This document shows positions 9,496-20,355 of a DNA stretch of 64,000 nt, piece after piece. The notes beneath the pieces were generated by a model. It was given only the letters and a program-made list of their open reading frames with translations, did no database searches and was not told the origin of the DNA. Both the position numbers and the translations under genes were made by a program. This DNA comes from an uncultured cyanobacterium. Lineage in GTDB: Bacteria > Cyanobacteriota > Cyanobacteriia > PCC-9006 > JAAUQQ01. How positions within the stretch are numbered: the first letter of the stretch is position 1; every line of letters begins with the position of its first letter. The stretch covers positions 3,392,001 to 3,456,000 of the forward strand of contig OY970368.1 in assembly GCA_963718615.1 (NCBI GenBank). Direction: 5' to 3'.

Positions 9496-9930
9496 CTAAT
9501 GCCACCCTTGATCCGCCTGATCGAGGACGTATTGGGCCACGGTTTTGATGTCCTCCGGGGAGAGGCGATCGCCAAAGGCCGACATAATCCCTTTTCCCTG
9601 GGTGATCAACGGTATCATCGTCTCTAAAGAATCCACCTGATAGCGCTGAAGCGCCTTGAGTTTGAGGGTTTTACCCCGCCGAATAATATTGCCCCCACCG
9701 GGATGACAACCGGAACAGTGCAGATCAAATAGGACTGCGCCGTTATCGTGCGGATTATCGTGCGGATGGGCCAGCTCCGCCGCTTCAACCCCTAAATCCA
9801 GCCCCAGGCTTAGACCTATCCATATCCCAAAGCAGACCCCCAGCCAGCCCGTCAGCCAGAGGCCCAGTCCCATGCCCCGGCTCAACCGCCGACCCCATTT
9901 GCGCCAGACCCGCTCCCTTGTTTGACCCAT
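9496..9930 (-). CDS. Cytochrome c6-like protein (c6B/c6C type)
   Basis: Hydrophobic leader, GAVLF..HCSGCH heme motif, NIIRRGKTL, axial Met in GIMSAFG. Start set at the ATG at 9930, which has AAGGGAG upstream. Confidence 0.88.
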   Translation of the reverse strand: MGQTRERVWRKWGRRLSRGMGLGLWLTGWLGVCFGIWIGLSLGLDLGVEAAELAHPHDNPHDNGAVLFDLHCSGCHPGGGNIIRRGKTLKLKALQRYQVDSLETMIPLITQGKGIMSAFGDRLSPEDIKTVAQYVLDQADQGWH

Positions 9931-10060
9931 GACGGCTCGCTCCCTTGTTGCGCTTAACATCAGTGATACGCTTAATGAGGCCATGACACTCGCCCTATTG
10001 CAACCCCAGGGGTTATTAAGTCGTGGAATTTGCTGACACCGGAAACCTTGACATGGGGCA

Positions 10061-10072
10061 ATTGTATACAAT
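10061..10072. promoter_or_regulatory. Perfect palindrome ATTGTATACAAT, putative operator between the divergent cytochrome c6-like gene and tldD
   Basis: 12-bp perfect palindrome in the intergenic region, near a TTGACA hexamer at 10048. Confidence 0.35.
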
Positions 10073-10442
10073 CGCATAGAGTGTAAAATATGACATTTTG
10101 CGGATGCATTTAGTCTCGATTTACCCTCATAAACCCACCGGATAGATGATTCAGTGGGTTTGTCGCCTATTCCTATTAATCTTTGGCCAAATTAATATCC
10201 TTCGCGGTACATTGAAGGGCACTACGCAAAGCTAGAGTTACTTTTGTGGCTCAAGTTTTTCGGTGCGTTGGAACGCATCCCGTTGGGATGATTGAGCGGC
10301 GATTAGCCGGTGTAATCATTTAACTTCGGGGTTTTGGGTCGTTCCAAAACGATGAAGCTAGGGCACACTTCAATCGTGGCCCCGTGTATGACGTTGCTGG
10401 CGTCCTATTCGCTGCTTTGTTCTTTGTGCCAAGAGTCAGGAC

Positions 10443-11900
10443 ATGCTATCCCTTTCTAAAACGATCGCTCCCGATCCCCATAGACTTTTAGATCAGATTA
10501 ATGTTTCTGCTGATTGGGTTGGACTGCGGGTCGTTAAAACCACAGAAACCCGACGGCGCGTTCGAGATGGCAAGCCCCAGGACAATAGTCGGCGGATGGG
10601 CTACGGTGCCATGGTTGAGGTTCTCCATCGAGGACAAATGGGCTACGGTGCCACGAGCTCGCTCTCGCCAGAGGCGATCCAAGCTGCTGCGGTGACCGCC
10701 AAGCTCCAAGCCGAATCAGCCTATCAGTGGTCCTTGGCTCCCTTTACCCCCCAGGTGCGACCTCGGGTAGTTGGACAGTTTGTCTCGGAGGTGGGGCAGG
10801 GATTAAAAGGTCTCAGCCCTCGGGAGATTAACGAACTGCTGATGCGGGTCTGTTACGGCCTCAAGGTCTCGGACAAAATTGTTCAAACCAGCGCCACGGC
10901 GATCGCCACCGAGCGAGAAACCTGGTTTGTGAGCAGCAATGGTTCAGATATCTATCAGCATTTTACCTCCGTGACCACGGATTACGATGCCACCGCCACA
11001 GCAGGATTGATTACCCAGAAACGCAGCGCCAATGGTTGGTTTGCGCGGGCCTATCAAGGGGGGTGGGAGCGGCTGATCAACGACGCACTCTGGGACCAGG
11101 TTCAGCAGGTGGGCGAACAGGCCGTTGAGCTGTTGAGCGCGCCGGAATGTCCCGATGAAACCCTGACGCTGGTGCTGGCTCCGGATCAGATGATGCTGCA
11201 AATTCATGAAAGCATCGGTCATCCCCTAGAGCTCGATCGCATTCTGGGTGACGAACGCAACTACGCCGGGGGCAGCTTTGTCAAACCGGCGGATTTTGGT
11301 CAACTGGCCTATGGTTCGGCGCTGATGAATGTGACGTTTGACCCCACGGTACCGGGAGAATTGGCCAGCTACCGATTTGACGATACCGGAGCCGCAGCGG
11401 AGCGCCAATATCTGATTCGCAATGGCATTTTGCAACGGGGGTTGGGGGGCCTCGAAAGTCAGACCCGCAGCAACTTACCCGGTGTGGCCTGTGCCCGAGC
11501 CTCCTCCTGGAATCGTCCCCCCATCGATCGCATGGCTAATCTCAATATTGAGCCGGGGGAGACCTGCTTAGCGGATCTGATTGGCGGGGTTAAACGCGGT
11601 GTCCTCATGCAATCGAATCGCTCTTGGTCCATTGATGATCAGCGCTATAAATTCCAGTTTGGCTGCGAATATGGCCAACTGATTGAAAATGGCGAAATCA
11701 CCCAAACCGTTCGCAATCCCAACTACCGCTCAACTACGCCTGACTTTTGGCGCAGTCTGGTGCAGGTGGGCAATCGCGACACCTGGGAAGTCTTCGGAAC
11801 CCCTATGTGCGGCAAAGGGGAACCCAACCAAATTATCTGGGTTGGCCACGCGGCCCCCGTCTGCGCCTTTGAGCAGATTGAAGTGTTTGGCGGCGGATAA
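10443..11900 (+). CDS. tldD: TldD family metalloprotease
   Basis: IHESIGHPLE (HExxxH), PIDRMAN, CGKGEP. Confidence 0.92.
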   Translation: MLSLSKTIAPDPHRLLDQINVSADWVGLRVVKTTETRRRVRDGKPQDNSRRMGYGAMVEVLHRGQMGYGATSSLSPEAIQAAAVTAKLQAESAYQWSLAPFTPQVRPRVVGQFVSEVGQGLKGLSPREINELLMRVCYGLKVSDKIVQTSATAIATERETWFVSSNGSDIYQHFTSVTTDYDATATAGLITQKRSANGWFARAYQGGWERLINDALWDQVQQVGEQAVELLSAPECPDETLTLVLAPDQMMLQIHESIGHPLELDRILGDERNYAGGSFVKPADFGQLAYGSALMNVTFDPTVPGELASYRFDDTGAAAERQYLIRNGILQRGLGGLESQTRSNLPGVACARASSWNRPPIDRMANLNIEPGETCLADLIGGVKRGVLMQSNRSWSIDDQRYKFQFGCEYGQLIENGEITQTVRNPNYRSTTPDFWRSLVQVGNRDTWEVFGTPMCGKGEPNQIIWVGHAAPVCAFEQIEVFGGG

Positions 11901-11986
11901 TTCGGCTGAGCCCGGATCCCTTCGGCTCCGGTCCTCTGTCGTGTCTCTCCGTTTTTCGTCTTTTTGCTTCGTCGGTTCGCTTTCGT

Positions 11987-12028
11987 CTTCTGGCTATTCC
12001 CTTCTGGCCATTCCCTTCTGGCCATTTC
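11987..12028. repeat. 14-bp tandem repeat (CTTCTGGCYATTCC, 3 copies)
   Basis: Read directly from the sequence; lies between tldD and tldE. Confidence 0.85.
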
Positions 12029-12134
12029 CTTCCTTCACCTAGCACTCTCTGTTGTAAGAACTCCCGTGCTCAATACTGGATCCCCTGACCTGTCTCCTGT
12101 CTCGGCTGCATTGCCCCTTGAACGTTCGTTTCCC

Positions 12135-13481
12135 ATGAATGCGAAAATTTTGGAGCGATGGGAAAAAACCTTCTATCGCCTCAGCGATGCGCTTCAAGAG
12201 GCCTGTGCTGCGGGCGAAGCGTTCACCCTGGCGCTCACTGCCGAAGACAGTCAATTTACTCGGTTTAACCAAGCCCGCGTCCGCCAGACGGGTAATGTCT
12301 GTGGCGGCACCCTCAAGCTTACCTGGATCTGCAATCAACGCACCTGTAGCGAATCCATTCCCTTTAGCGGCGAGTGGGAGCAGGACTGGGACTGGGTTCA
12401 GCAGGCCCTAGCCCGATTGCGGCAGGAAGTGTTGGAACTGCCCGAGGACCCCTATTTGGTGTTGCCCCAGGGTCAGGCCCAGAGTCGGGCGGTCTACCTG
12501 GGGAAGTTGCTGCCCCAGAAACGGGCGATCGCCGAACTCCTCGGTCCGGTGCAAGGCTTGGATTTTGCCGGAATTTATGCCGCAGGGCTTTCGGTTCGAG
12601 CCCAGGCGGATTCGGCAGGGCAACGCCATTGGTTTGCCACCGAGTCCTTTACGCTGGATTATTCGCTGTTTAATGAACAAAATCGGGCGGTGAAAGGGAC
12701 GTTTGCCGATCGCACCTGGGATGGTAAAGCCTACCGGGCCAATGTGACGCGATCGCGAGAACAGCTTGCCCTGCTCAACCGACCGATCAAAGTGGTTTCC
12801 AAGGGGAAATACCGCACCTATCTGGCTCCGGCAGCGGTTTCAGAATTGATTTTGATGCTCTCCTGGAGTGGCCTCAGCGAAGCCGCCATTCGCCAGGGGG
12901 GCAGCCCCATAGAGCACCTGCGAACCGGACGCCGAGCGCTTTCGCCCCTGTTTACGCTGCGGGAGAACTTTAGCCGAGGGCTGGTGCCCCAGTTTAATGG
13001 CGATGGCGACATGGCTCCAGATAACTTGCCGCTGATTGCACAGGGACGACTGGTGAATACGCCGATTAATGGCCGCACGGCTCAGGAATACGGGCTGCAG
13101 TCCAACGGAGCCATTGGCAGCGAGGATTTGCGCGCCGCTGAGGTGGATGCTGGAACCCTGGATCCTAGGGAGATTCTCCAGGCCCTCGACACTGGATTAT
13201 ATTTATCGAATTTGCACTATCTCAATTGGAGCGATCGCCCCGCAGGCCGCATCACCGGTATGACCCGCTACGCCTGTTTCTGGGTCGAAAAGGGCGAAAT
13301 CGTCGCCCCCATTGAAGATCTCCGCTTTGACGACAGCCTGTTTAACTTTTGGGGGGATAACCTGATCGCCCTGACCCGTCAGCAGGAACTGGTGCCTGCG
13401 GTCGATACCTATGACCATCGGGATCTGGGCGGAACTTGGACGCCGGGGATGCTAGTGGAAGACTTTACCTATACACTTTGA
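12135..13481 (+). CDS. TldE/PmbA family partner subunit
   Basis: FTRFNQARVRQ, LYLSNLHYLN, TGMTRYACFWVEKGEI, LRFDDS; no HExxxH; follows tldD. Start set at the ATG at 12135. Confidence 0.88.
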   Translation: MNAKILERWEKTFYRLSDALQEACAAGEAFTLALTAEDSQFTRFNQARVRQTGNVCGGTLKLTWICNQRTCSESIPFSGEWEQDWDWVQQALARLRQEVLELPEDPYLVLPQGQAQSRAVYLGKLLPQKRAIAELLGPVQGLDFAGIYAAGLSVRAQADSAGQRHWFATESFTLDYSLFNEQNRAVKGTFADRTWDGKAYRANVTRSREQLALLNRPIKVVSKGKYRTYLAPAAVSELILMLSWSGLSEAAIRQGGSPIEHLRTGRRALSPLFTLRENFSRGLVPQFNGDGDMAPDNLPLIAQGRLVNTPINGRTAQEYGLQSNGAIGSEDLRAAEVDAGTLDPREILQALDTGLYLSNLHYLNWSDRPAGRITGMTRYACFWVEKGEIVAPIEDLRFDDSLFNFWGDNLIALTRQQELVPAVDTYDHRDLGGTWTPGMLVEDFTYTL

Positions 13482-13523
13482 AGATTCCTTTTGTTGAATC
13501 ATCGGGTAATAGGACAAAAAACC

Positions 13524-14633
13524 ATGGCAAAGCAGCGGGTTGGGCTTCTCTTCGGCGGTCGTTCCGGAGAACACGAGGTTTCCATTACATCGGCACGGGC
13601 GATCGCCACCGCCCTCACCGACCCCCGCGAAGGTAGCCCCAGCAATGCCGAAAAATATGAACTTCACCCGTTCTATATTCGCAAAGACGGCGTTTGGCTG
13701 GCCGGGGCAGCGGCCCAAGCGGTTCTGGATTCCGGCCAGCCAGTTGCCTGCGATGATCGCCCCGCTAACCCGGCTCAACTCTGGCAGTTTCCGGCTGCGG
13801 TGGCTGACGTTGACCTCTGGTTTCCGATTTTGCATGGCCCCAATGGGGAAGACGGTACGATTCAGGGATTGTTGCAACTGATGCAGGTTCCCTTTGTCGG
13901 TTCCGGGGTCCTCGGATCCTCGGCAGGTATGGACAAAACGACAATGCGGATGATTTTTGCCCAGGCCGGGTTGCCCCAGGTGAACTATTTGGATGTGGAT
14001 CGCGCCGAAGTCTGGTCCGACCCTTGCCGCTATACCCATCTGATTGAGCAGATCGAAGCAAAACTGGGGTATCCCTGCTTTGTCAAACCGGCAAACTTGG
14101 GATCTTCGGTGGGGATTGCCAAGGCCAAAACCCAAAAAGAGCTGGAAGCCGCCCTCGATAGCGCTGCTAGTTATGATCGCCGTCTCATGGTCGAAGCCGG
14201 ACTCCAGGGGATTCGCGAAGTGGAATGTGCGGTCCTCGGTAATGATTTTCCCAAGGCGTCGGTGATTGGTGAGATTACTTACGATGCCGAGTTTTACGAT
14301 TATGAAACCAAATACACCGATGGTCGTGCCCAACTGATTATTCCAGCGGATTTGCCTCCGGCCCTGGTGCAGAAAATCCAGGAGATGGCGATCGCCGCGT
14401 TCAAAGCCGTCGATGCCGCTGGCCTTAGCCGGGTGGACTTTTTCTATCTAGAATCCACAGGTGAAGTTTTTATCAACGAGATCAACACCCTGCCCGGATT
14501 CACCGCCTTGAGTATGTATCCCCAACTGTGGCAAGCAACTGGGGTATCCTTTCCGGCCTTGGTCGATCGATTGGTGCAGTTGGCGCTTGAACGTCAGGGA
14601 AATACTGCCCCTGGGCCAACAGCCAACGGCTAA
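13524..14633 (+). CDS. ddl: D-alanine--D-alanine ligase
   Basis: [48 protein letters not shown]. Confidence 0.97.
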   Translation: MAKQRVGLLFGGRSGEHEVSITSARAIATALTDPREGSPSNAEKYELHPFYIRKDGVWLAGAAAQAVLDSGQPVACDDRPANPAQLWQFPAAVADVDLWFPILHGPNGEDGTIQGLLQLMQVPFVGSGVLGSSAGMDKTTMRMIFAQAGLPQVNYLDVDRAEVWSDPCRYTHLIEQIEAKLGYPCFVKPANLGSSVGIAKAKTQKELEAALDSAASYDRRLMVEAGLQGIREVECAVLGNDFPKASVIGEITYDAEFYDYETKYTDGRAQLIIPADLPPALVQKIQEMAIAAFKAVDAAGLSRVDFFYLESTGEVFINEINTLPGFTALSMYPQLWQATGVSFPALVDRLVQLALERQGNTAPGPTANG

Positions 14634-15585
14634 GGGACTGCCAAGCCTGCCCCTGAAGCAGGGCATCGAGATCGAGGGGATCCTGGCAAGCTGCGGAAAA
14701 CTGGGCAAAGCATTCGGCCCAATCCATCAACGTTGCAAGGGGGGAACGGTGGGAAAAACCATAGGCCTGCTGGAGATAATTCACCATGGCAGACGGATGT
14801 CCCGTGCGATAGAGATACCAAGCGGCCCAGGTGAGTGTGCCGTAGCGAATCCGTTTTTCGATGAGTCGGGCTGCGACGGGTAGGTTGGGGTGGTTAAAGG
14901 TTTTGTCTAGGAGTTGGGCCAGACATTGGGCCTGAACTAAGCCATTGCCCATGGCGCTGCTGCCGTGCTGTCGATAGGCGGTGGTGATCTGGGTGAGCCA
15001 GCGACTTTGGCAACCGGCGATCGCCAATCGCAACACCAAATCCACATCTTCCGCCGCTGCAAACCGGGGATCAAATCCTCCAACCTGCAAGAGCTGATCT
15101 CGCCGAAACATCATGGCACTGGGCAGAACAGGCTTAAATTGCAACCAGGTGTTTAGATCTAAAACGGGGTAATCTTCCCAAGGCTTGACCTCCGTGAGAT
15201 GTTGGCCTTGGGCATTCACCCGTTGCCAACCGCTATGAACTAGCCCTGTGTCTGGATAGGTTTGAAAGACCTGAAGCTGGTTCGCTAGCTTGTTGGGTAG
15301 GTAATAATCATCGGCATCTAAAAATGCAATAAACCGTCCCCTGGCGACTTGAATTCCATGATTGCGAGCCGCAGAAACCCCTTGATTTTGCTGACGGATA
15401 TACCGCAGGTTTTGAGCGTAGGGTTGAATCGCCTGAGCTGTTCCATCCGTTGAACCATCGTCAATCACAATGAGTTCAAAGGAGCAGTTTTGTTGGGAGA
15501 GAACGCTGGCGATCGCCGTTTCAATATAGAGTTTACAGTTATGGACTGGAATAATGACACTGATGTCGGGTGCAGATGCAATCAC
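14500..15585 (-). CDS. Glycosyltransferase family 2
   Basis: [33 protein letters not shown]. Confidence 0.92.
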   Translation of the reverse strand: MIASAPDISVIIPVHNCKLYIETAIASVLSQQNCSFELIVIDDGSTDGTAQAIQPYAQNLRYIRQQNQGVSAARNHGIQVARGRFIAFLDADDYYLPNKLANQLQVFQTYPDTGLVHSGWQRVNAQGQHLTEVKPWEDYPVLDLNTWLQFKPVLPSAMMFRRDQLLQVGGFDPRFAAAEDVDLVLRLAIAGCQSRWLTQITTAYRQHGSSAMGNGLVQAQCLAQLLDKTFNHPNLPVAARLIEKRIRYGTLTWAAWYLYRTGHPSAMVNYLQQAYGFSHRSPLATLMDWAECFAQFSAACQDPLDLDALLQGQAWQSLSRWLLAQGQYFPDVQAPTAPIDRPRPERIPQLLATVGDTYSRR

Positions 15586-15643
15586 TGCGAGTTTAGAAAT
15601 AGTGAGAATGGAACAACAGGATTAAACAACAGGGTTGAACAGC

Positions 15644-15686
15644 AGACTAGGCTTGCCAAGACAGTTTGCCCTCGCAAGCCTAGTCT
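15644..15686. terminator. Hairpin downstream of the PTPA-CTERM gene
   Basis: Perfect 13-bp inverted repeat AGACTAGGCTTGC / GCAAGCCTAGTCT. Confidence 0.6.
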
Positions 15687-15751
15687 TTGTCTTTAAAGAC
15701 GTTCAAAAGCAGCCAAAGGTTCCTTGAGAGGAAACCACAGATCCTAGAAAG

Positions 15752-16330
15752 TTAGGCGGCTTGCTCTTGCTTGCGGCGCAGACGACGACGCATGGCACCA
15801 CCCATGGCAATTACACCGGGCAACAGTGCAGGCGTAGGAACTGCCGTTGCGGGTTGAATGCTAGTTTGCCAATTTCCGAATACATCGTCTTCAACAAAGG
15901 AAGATCCACCTGGTAAAGTCGCTTGGGCGAAAATAGGACCATTGAAGTTGAGTGCAGCCGTAATATTGGGGTCAAACATGCCCTGAAAACTTAGATCTAG
16001 GCCAGTTCCATCCAGCGTAAAAATGGCTGACGTAATTGGATTATTGATCAGCTTCAGTGAAAAAGGACTTCCCCCAACACTGCCACTTAAATCTTGCAGA
16101 AGAGCCGAAAGATTAGTGAGGTTCGCAACGCGATTGCCATCAACAATATCACCAGTTACCGTTCCCGAGATTAGGAGTCTTTGACCCAGATCAGGTGCTT
16201 TGAAATCATTATTGTACTCGTAGGAGAAATTGATGACGCTGGCAGCCTCTGCACTACCAACACTCAAAGTCCCATAGGCCACCGTGGCCCCAACAACGAC
16301 GGTAAATACCGCTTTTGCAGCTATTTTCAT
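15752..16330 (-). CDS. PTPA-CTERM (PEP-CTERM-like, exosortase target) secreted protein
   Basis: Signal peptide ending AEA-A; C-terminal VPTPALLPG, hydrophobic segment and RRRLRRK. Confidence 0.88.
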   Translation of the reverse strand: MKIAAKAVFTVVVGATVAYGTLSVGSAEAASVINFSYEYNNDFKAPDLGQRLLISGTVTGDIVDGNRVANLTNLSALLQDLSGSVGGSPFSLKLINNPITSAIFTLDGTGLDLSFQGMFDPNITAALNFNGPIFAQATLPGGSSFVEDDVFGNWQTSIQPATAVPTPALLPGVIAMGGAMRRRLRRKQEQAA

Positions 16331-16913
16331 CGAAAACAATCCTCAGCTAGCTAAAACGCACAGACAAAAATCAGGCCAGCAGATTGAAATAGCAACGCGA
16401 GCATCTGACTTACGAAAGCACCGATCCAGGAAAGTCATTGTTGTGCGCAAGCTTTTCCTATACACCTCAACAACCGTCGCCATCGTAAGTAAACCAATGA
16501 TTCGCGTTCTTCTCAAAACCGCTGACTACAAGAAACCTGACAAAACCTATGTACGGTAGCACACCAAACGAGACCCCTTATGGCTGGCGTCCCATTAAAC
16601 TCTGCACAGCAGCATAACATGGGCCTCAGCTCCAAGACCATGTGACGATTATGGCACTCACGAAAGCTTTAAGAAACAGTAAAATTACGCTCACAGAAGG
16701 GATATTATCGGAGACTCCCCTTGCGATTCCTCTGGCCGTAAAGTATCTTAACTGACAGGCACCTCAGCCACTATCTAATTTTGTGCGCAAGTAAGTATCG
16801 CCGCATTCCCGTTCCTTGGCTGAATCGCTAGGGACTTGAGGTGCGGTTCTCTCTGAGTCATGGGCATTTCTATCGCAAGTTGATTGTGAAACCTAAGGGA
16901 GAACCCAAGTACA

Positions 16914-17648
16914 ATGTCAATTGTAGTCAATGAAACTACGCCACAGTCTTCTGTCGGTAATGATGCAGGCGGCCAGACGATTACTGGCAAAGCAGGAGAA
17001 ATCAACCGCATCAACGGCTCAACTGGTGACGATAACTACATTGGAGGTAGTAATACTGATCAGGTTGATGGCGGTCTAGGTGACGATGAGATTTTAGGTG
17101 AGGGAGGTAACGACCTGCTGTTTGGCGGTGCTGGTGACGACCTGCTGAGCGGGGGAGCGGGCCGAGATTTGCTAGAGGGCGGCACGGGTAACGATAAGTT
17201 GTCCGGTGGAGATGACAAAGACTTCCTTCGCGGTGGCTTTGGTGATGATGCTCTCTTTGGCGATGCCGGAAATGACTCTCTCTACGGCGATGCTGGCGAT
17301 GACATTCTGGATGGAGGCCTTGGCAACGACTTCCTCAGTGGGGGTGGGGGTCAAGACTGGCTGAAAGGTGGTGAAGGCGATGACGTTCTGATAGGGGGTG
17401 CAAATAGCGACATCCTTGAGGGTGGCGCAGGTAAAGATACCTTCATCTTTGATGTCAGCGAAACGGGTGTCGACCAAGTACTCGACTACAGCCAAGCTGA
17501 AGACGTGATTCGGATCTTGGGTGTTACAGATCCCAACAGCGTTACCTACAACGCCAATAACGGTGTTGTCTCGGTTAATGGTCAAGCCATCTTCAAGCTT
17601 GACACAAATCTGACCCTTAATCCTCAAACCGATTTTGAGCTGTTTTAA
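16914..17648 (+). CDS. Small RTX (hemolysin-type Ca-binding repeat) protein
   Basis: Long run of GGxGxDxLx nonapeptides, then GAGKDTFIF..GVDQVLDY; no Sec signal. Confidence 0.92.
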   Translation: MSIVVNETTPQSSVGNDAGGQTITGKAGEINRINGSTGDDNYIGGSNTDQVDGGLGDDEILGEGGNDLLFGGAGDDLLSGGAGRDLLEGGTGNDKLSGGDDKDFLRGGFGDDALFGDAGNDSLYGDAGDDILDGGLGNDFLSGGGGQDWLKGGEGDDVLIGGANSDILEGGAGKDTFIFDVSETGVDQVLDYSQAEDVIRILGVTDPNSVTYNANNGVVSVNGQAIFKLDTNLTLNPQTDFELF

Positions 17649-17833
17649 GCCTCTGATCCTATGATTGCCGAAGGCGCGATCGCGCTATCCTGTGTTTCCT
17701 GCTGTGTTCCCTAAAAATCGGTGGTTTAGTCTTCCTGTTACTGGCTGTATAGGTCTGAAGATCTCTCTACCTACTCAGCCAGTTCCGGGCAGTATTCAGG
17801 CAGATCGATACCGAAGACCGCGAAAGCAAAATT

Positions 17834-20347
17834 GTGAACCCAAGTTCTAGTCGTTCAATCCCGTCCACTCCAGCATCCCGTTATGAAGAATTTGAAAATC
17901 ACGTCAACCTAGGCCAACACTATAGTCAAAAGTCTCTATTCTCAAAAGCCTGTTGCCACTATCAGCAGGCATTGCAGCTGCAACCCCATGCACCTGAAAT
18001 TCACTACAACCTCGCAGTGGTATTTCATCATTGGGGCGAGTGGGATCTAGCAGAAACTCACTATCAAACTGCACTTCAGCAACAGCCCCATTATCCCCAT
18101 GCCTACTTTAACTTGGGGGTTTTGAAAGCTGACCAGCAGCGCCCTAGCGAGGCCATCGCCTACTATCAACAGGCCATCGCCCAACAGCCCAATTATTTGA
18201 ATGCCTATTTAAACTTAGGAGCCCTTTGGGTTCAGCAGGAAGCCTACGGGCAGGCGACGATACTTTATCGAGAGGCGATCGCCCGTTTTCCCCAACAGGC
18301 TTCCCTGCACAATAACCTGGGCCAACTCTATCAAAAACAGGGGGAATTTGCGATCGCCCTAACCCAGTACGAAACAGCCCTAGGGCTCGCTCCAGGCTTG
18401 GCTAAAGTGTACGAAAACCTGGGGTGTTTATGGCTTCAACATCAGGATTATGCGAAAGCCATTCATTATCTTAAGCAAGCGATCGCCTTTTCTCCCAATC
18501 CCAACCACGCCCTCAGCGACTGTGCCGCCGTTGCCCTAGAACAGGGGGATCTAGAGACGGCCCTAGCTGCCATTAAACAGTCGATAGATTTGCATCCTGA
18601 ACCCCTCGCTCGTTACTGCCAGATAACCTTAGAACAGAAAAAGTCTGATAATTTGCTAACTCAGACCCAGCGTGCTTGCTCATTGTTCATTCAGTCTCTT
18701 CAGCAGGGCGACTCCTTGCCGTCTGCCAGTCACAGGTTGTTTCAAGTTTATTGTGGATTGGGGGCGATCGCCTTTGAATCCAAAGCCTATGCTAGGGCCG
18801 CACAATGTTATCAAATGGCTGTGCAAATCGAGCCCCAGGCCCAAGCCCTCTATCGCAAAATTTCCGACTGTTTAGCTCAGCAAGGGCGTTGGGTCGCAGC
18901 CCAAACGGTTGTGCAACTTGCTAATACCTTGACGACTTCTGGGATACAAAAGCATCAAGCAAGCCTACAGCCTGAAACCCCAAGGATAGATTCTCCTCAC
19001 CCTAAACCCTCTGTTTATCCGGCGTTAACCACAGCCGAGTGGGTTGCTCAATCATTGCCTCACAAACCGGAACGTTTCTCCCAAGCGCCTGTCTATGAAT
19101 CGCTGAATTTTCAGGTTGAGCAGTGGTTAAGTCGATCGCAAAATTCCTTGATTCGCGTCCTCAATGCTAGCCCTCTTCCAGTCTGGGAAACTCCCTCGGC
19201 TGATTCCTCGACTGGCCAAACTGAACCCGGAAATGCCTGCGGTGGCGTGACTTGCCATCGCTGTATGGAACAACTGGTGCAAAGCTTTCGACCGCAACAG
19301 CTTGCTGCTGGTGTGTTTCAATGTAATCTCCAAGCTGCTCCTATCTTGCCCAATCCTGCTTTGTTCTGGGCAACTATTCCCTTGGGACGGGCCTGGGTTG
19401 CTCCCTATGAAAGTGATTGGGTCGCCTGTCACGAAGTAGCTGTGATGACACCAGACCAGTCATTGCTGAGTGATTTGTCGCGCTCCTATCCCTGGAAACT
19501 GCCGCCCTGTCCTCAGCGACCTCAATCGCAGTCTGGCAGAATCTCAGAGCGCACAACCTTGCCTCCTATTCAATATTTAAAGGGTTCTGTTGTACTGCTT
19601 TCAACCCTTTCGAGTCATATCTATTACCATTGGATGATTGACCTTTTGCCCCGTCTTCACCTCTTAAAGCTCGCCGGTGTAGACTTCAATCAAATTGATC
19701 GATTTGTGGTGAATAGCTTGCGCCATTCGTTTCAGCGAGAAACGCTGCAAAAACTTGGGATTCCCCTTGAAAAGGTGATTGAGAGCGATCGCACCCCCCA
19801 CATTCAAGCCGAACAGCTCATCGTTCCCTCGTTTCCAGGGCATTTAGACTGGATTCCTCCCCATACCATCGAGTTTTTACGACGGATTTTTGGAGCAGAG
19901 CATTCCCGAGCTCAACCGAAATCCCACCTCAAAATTTATATCAGTCGAGCGAAGGCTCGTTATCGCCGGGTCTTGAATGAAGCAGAAATTATCGCCGTTT
20001 TGAAACCTTTAGGATTTAAAGTCGTCACCTTAGAAAGCTTAACCGTTCAGGAACAGGCTGAGCTTTTTGCCCAAGCAGAGGTAATCATTTCTCCCCATGG
20101 TTCTGGATTAACCAATTTAGTTTTTTGTCAGTCCGGCGCTCAAATCATTGAACTTTTTTCACCTCACTACCTCAGGACTGATTACTGGATGGTTAGCCAA
20201 ACGTTAAAGTTGCAGCATTTCTACATTGTTGGGAAGTCTTTGGCCTGTACGGCCCTACGACGATTGATGTATCCTAGTTCGCTCATGGAAGATCTCTGGA
20301 TTGATCTAGGTGCATTGCGTTCGGCTTTGCGGCTCATTCAAACTTAG
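17834..20347 (+). CDS. TPR repeats + glycosyltransferase family 61 (DUF563) domain
   Basis: Multiple TPRs; YYHWMIDLLPRL, IYISRAKARYRRVLNE, QAELFAQAEVIISPHGSGLTNLVF. Confidence 0.9.
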   Translation: MNPSSSRSIPSTPASRYEEFENHVNLGQHYSQKSLFSKACCHYQQALQLQPHAPEIHYNLAVVFHHWGEWDLAETHYQTALQQQPHYPHAYFNLGVLKADQQRPSEAIAYYQQAIAQQPNYLNAYLNLGALWVQQEAYGQATILYREAIARFPQQASLHNNLGQLYQKQGEFAIALTQYETALGLAPGLAKVYENLGCLWLQHQDYAKAIHYLKQAIAFSPNPNHALSDCAAVALEQGDLETALAAIKQSIDLHPEPLARYCQITLEQKKSDNLLTQTQRACSLFIQSLQQGDSLPSASHRLFQVYCGLGAIAFESKAYARAAQCYQMAVQIEPQAQALYRKISDCLAQQGRWVAAQTVVQLANTLTTSGIQKHQASLQPETPRIDSPHPKPSVYPALTTAEWVAQSLPHKPERFSQAPVYESLNFQVEQWLSRSQNSLIRVLNASPLPVWETPSADSSTGQTEPGNACGGVTCHRCMEQLVQSFRPQQLAAGVFQCNLQAAPILPNPALFWATIPLGRAWVAPYESDWVACHEVAVMTPDQSLLSDLSRSYPWKLPPCPQRPQSQSGRISERTTLPPIQYLKGSVVLLSTLSSHIYYHWMIDLLPRLHLLKLAGVDFNQIDRFVVNSLRHSFQRETLQKLGIPLEKVIESDRTPHIQAEQLIVPSFPGHLDWIPPHTIEFLRRIFGAEHSRAQPKSHLKIYISRAKARYRRVLNEAEIIAVLKPLGFKVVTLESLTVQEQAELFAQAEVIISPHGSGLTNLVFCQSGAQIIELFSPHYLRTDYWMVSQTLKLQHFYIVGKSLACTALRRLMYPSSLMEDLWIDLGALRSALRLIQT

Positions 20348-20355
20348 GCAATTGT

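Noticed and set aside
10147-10236. 29-codon ORF upstream of tldD
   Set aside because: No clear RBS or recognisable motif; unsupported.
10443-13481. TldDE as part of a RiPP cluster
   Set aside because: No precursor peptide or YcaO-type maturase nearby.
16545-16650. Possible c-di-GMP-I riboswitch on the minus strand upstream of the PTPA-CTERM gene (GGGACGCCAGCCATAAGGGGTCT)
   Set aside because: Only partial resemblance; the GGCAAA start and GAAA tetraloop stem are missing. An Rfam scan would settle it.
16990-17450. CRISPR-like periodic repeat
   Set aside because: The periodicity is the coding RTX nonapeptide repeat; there are no unique spacers.
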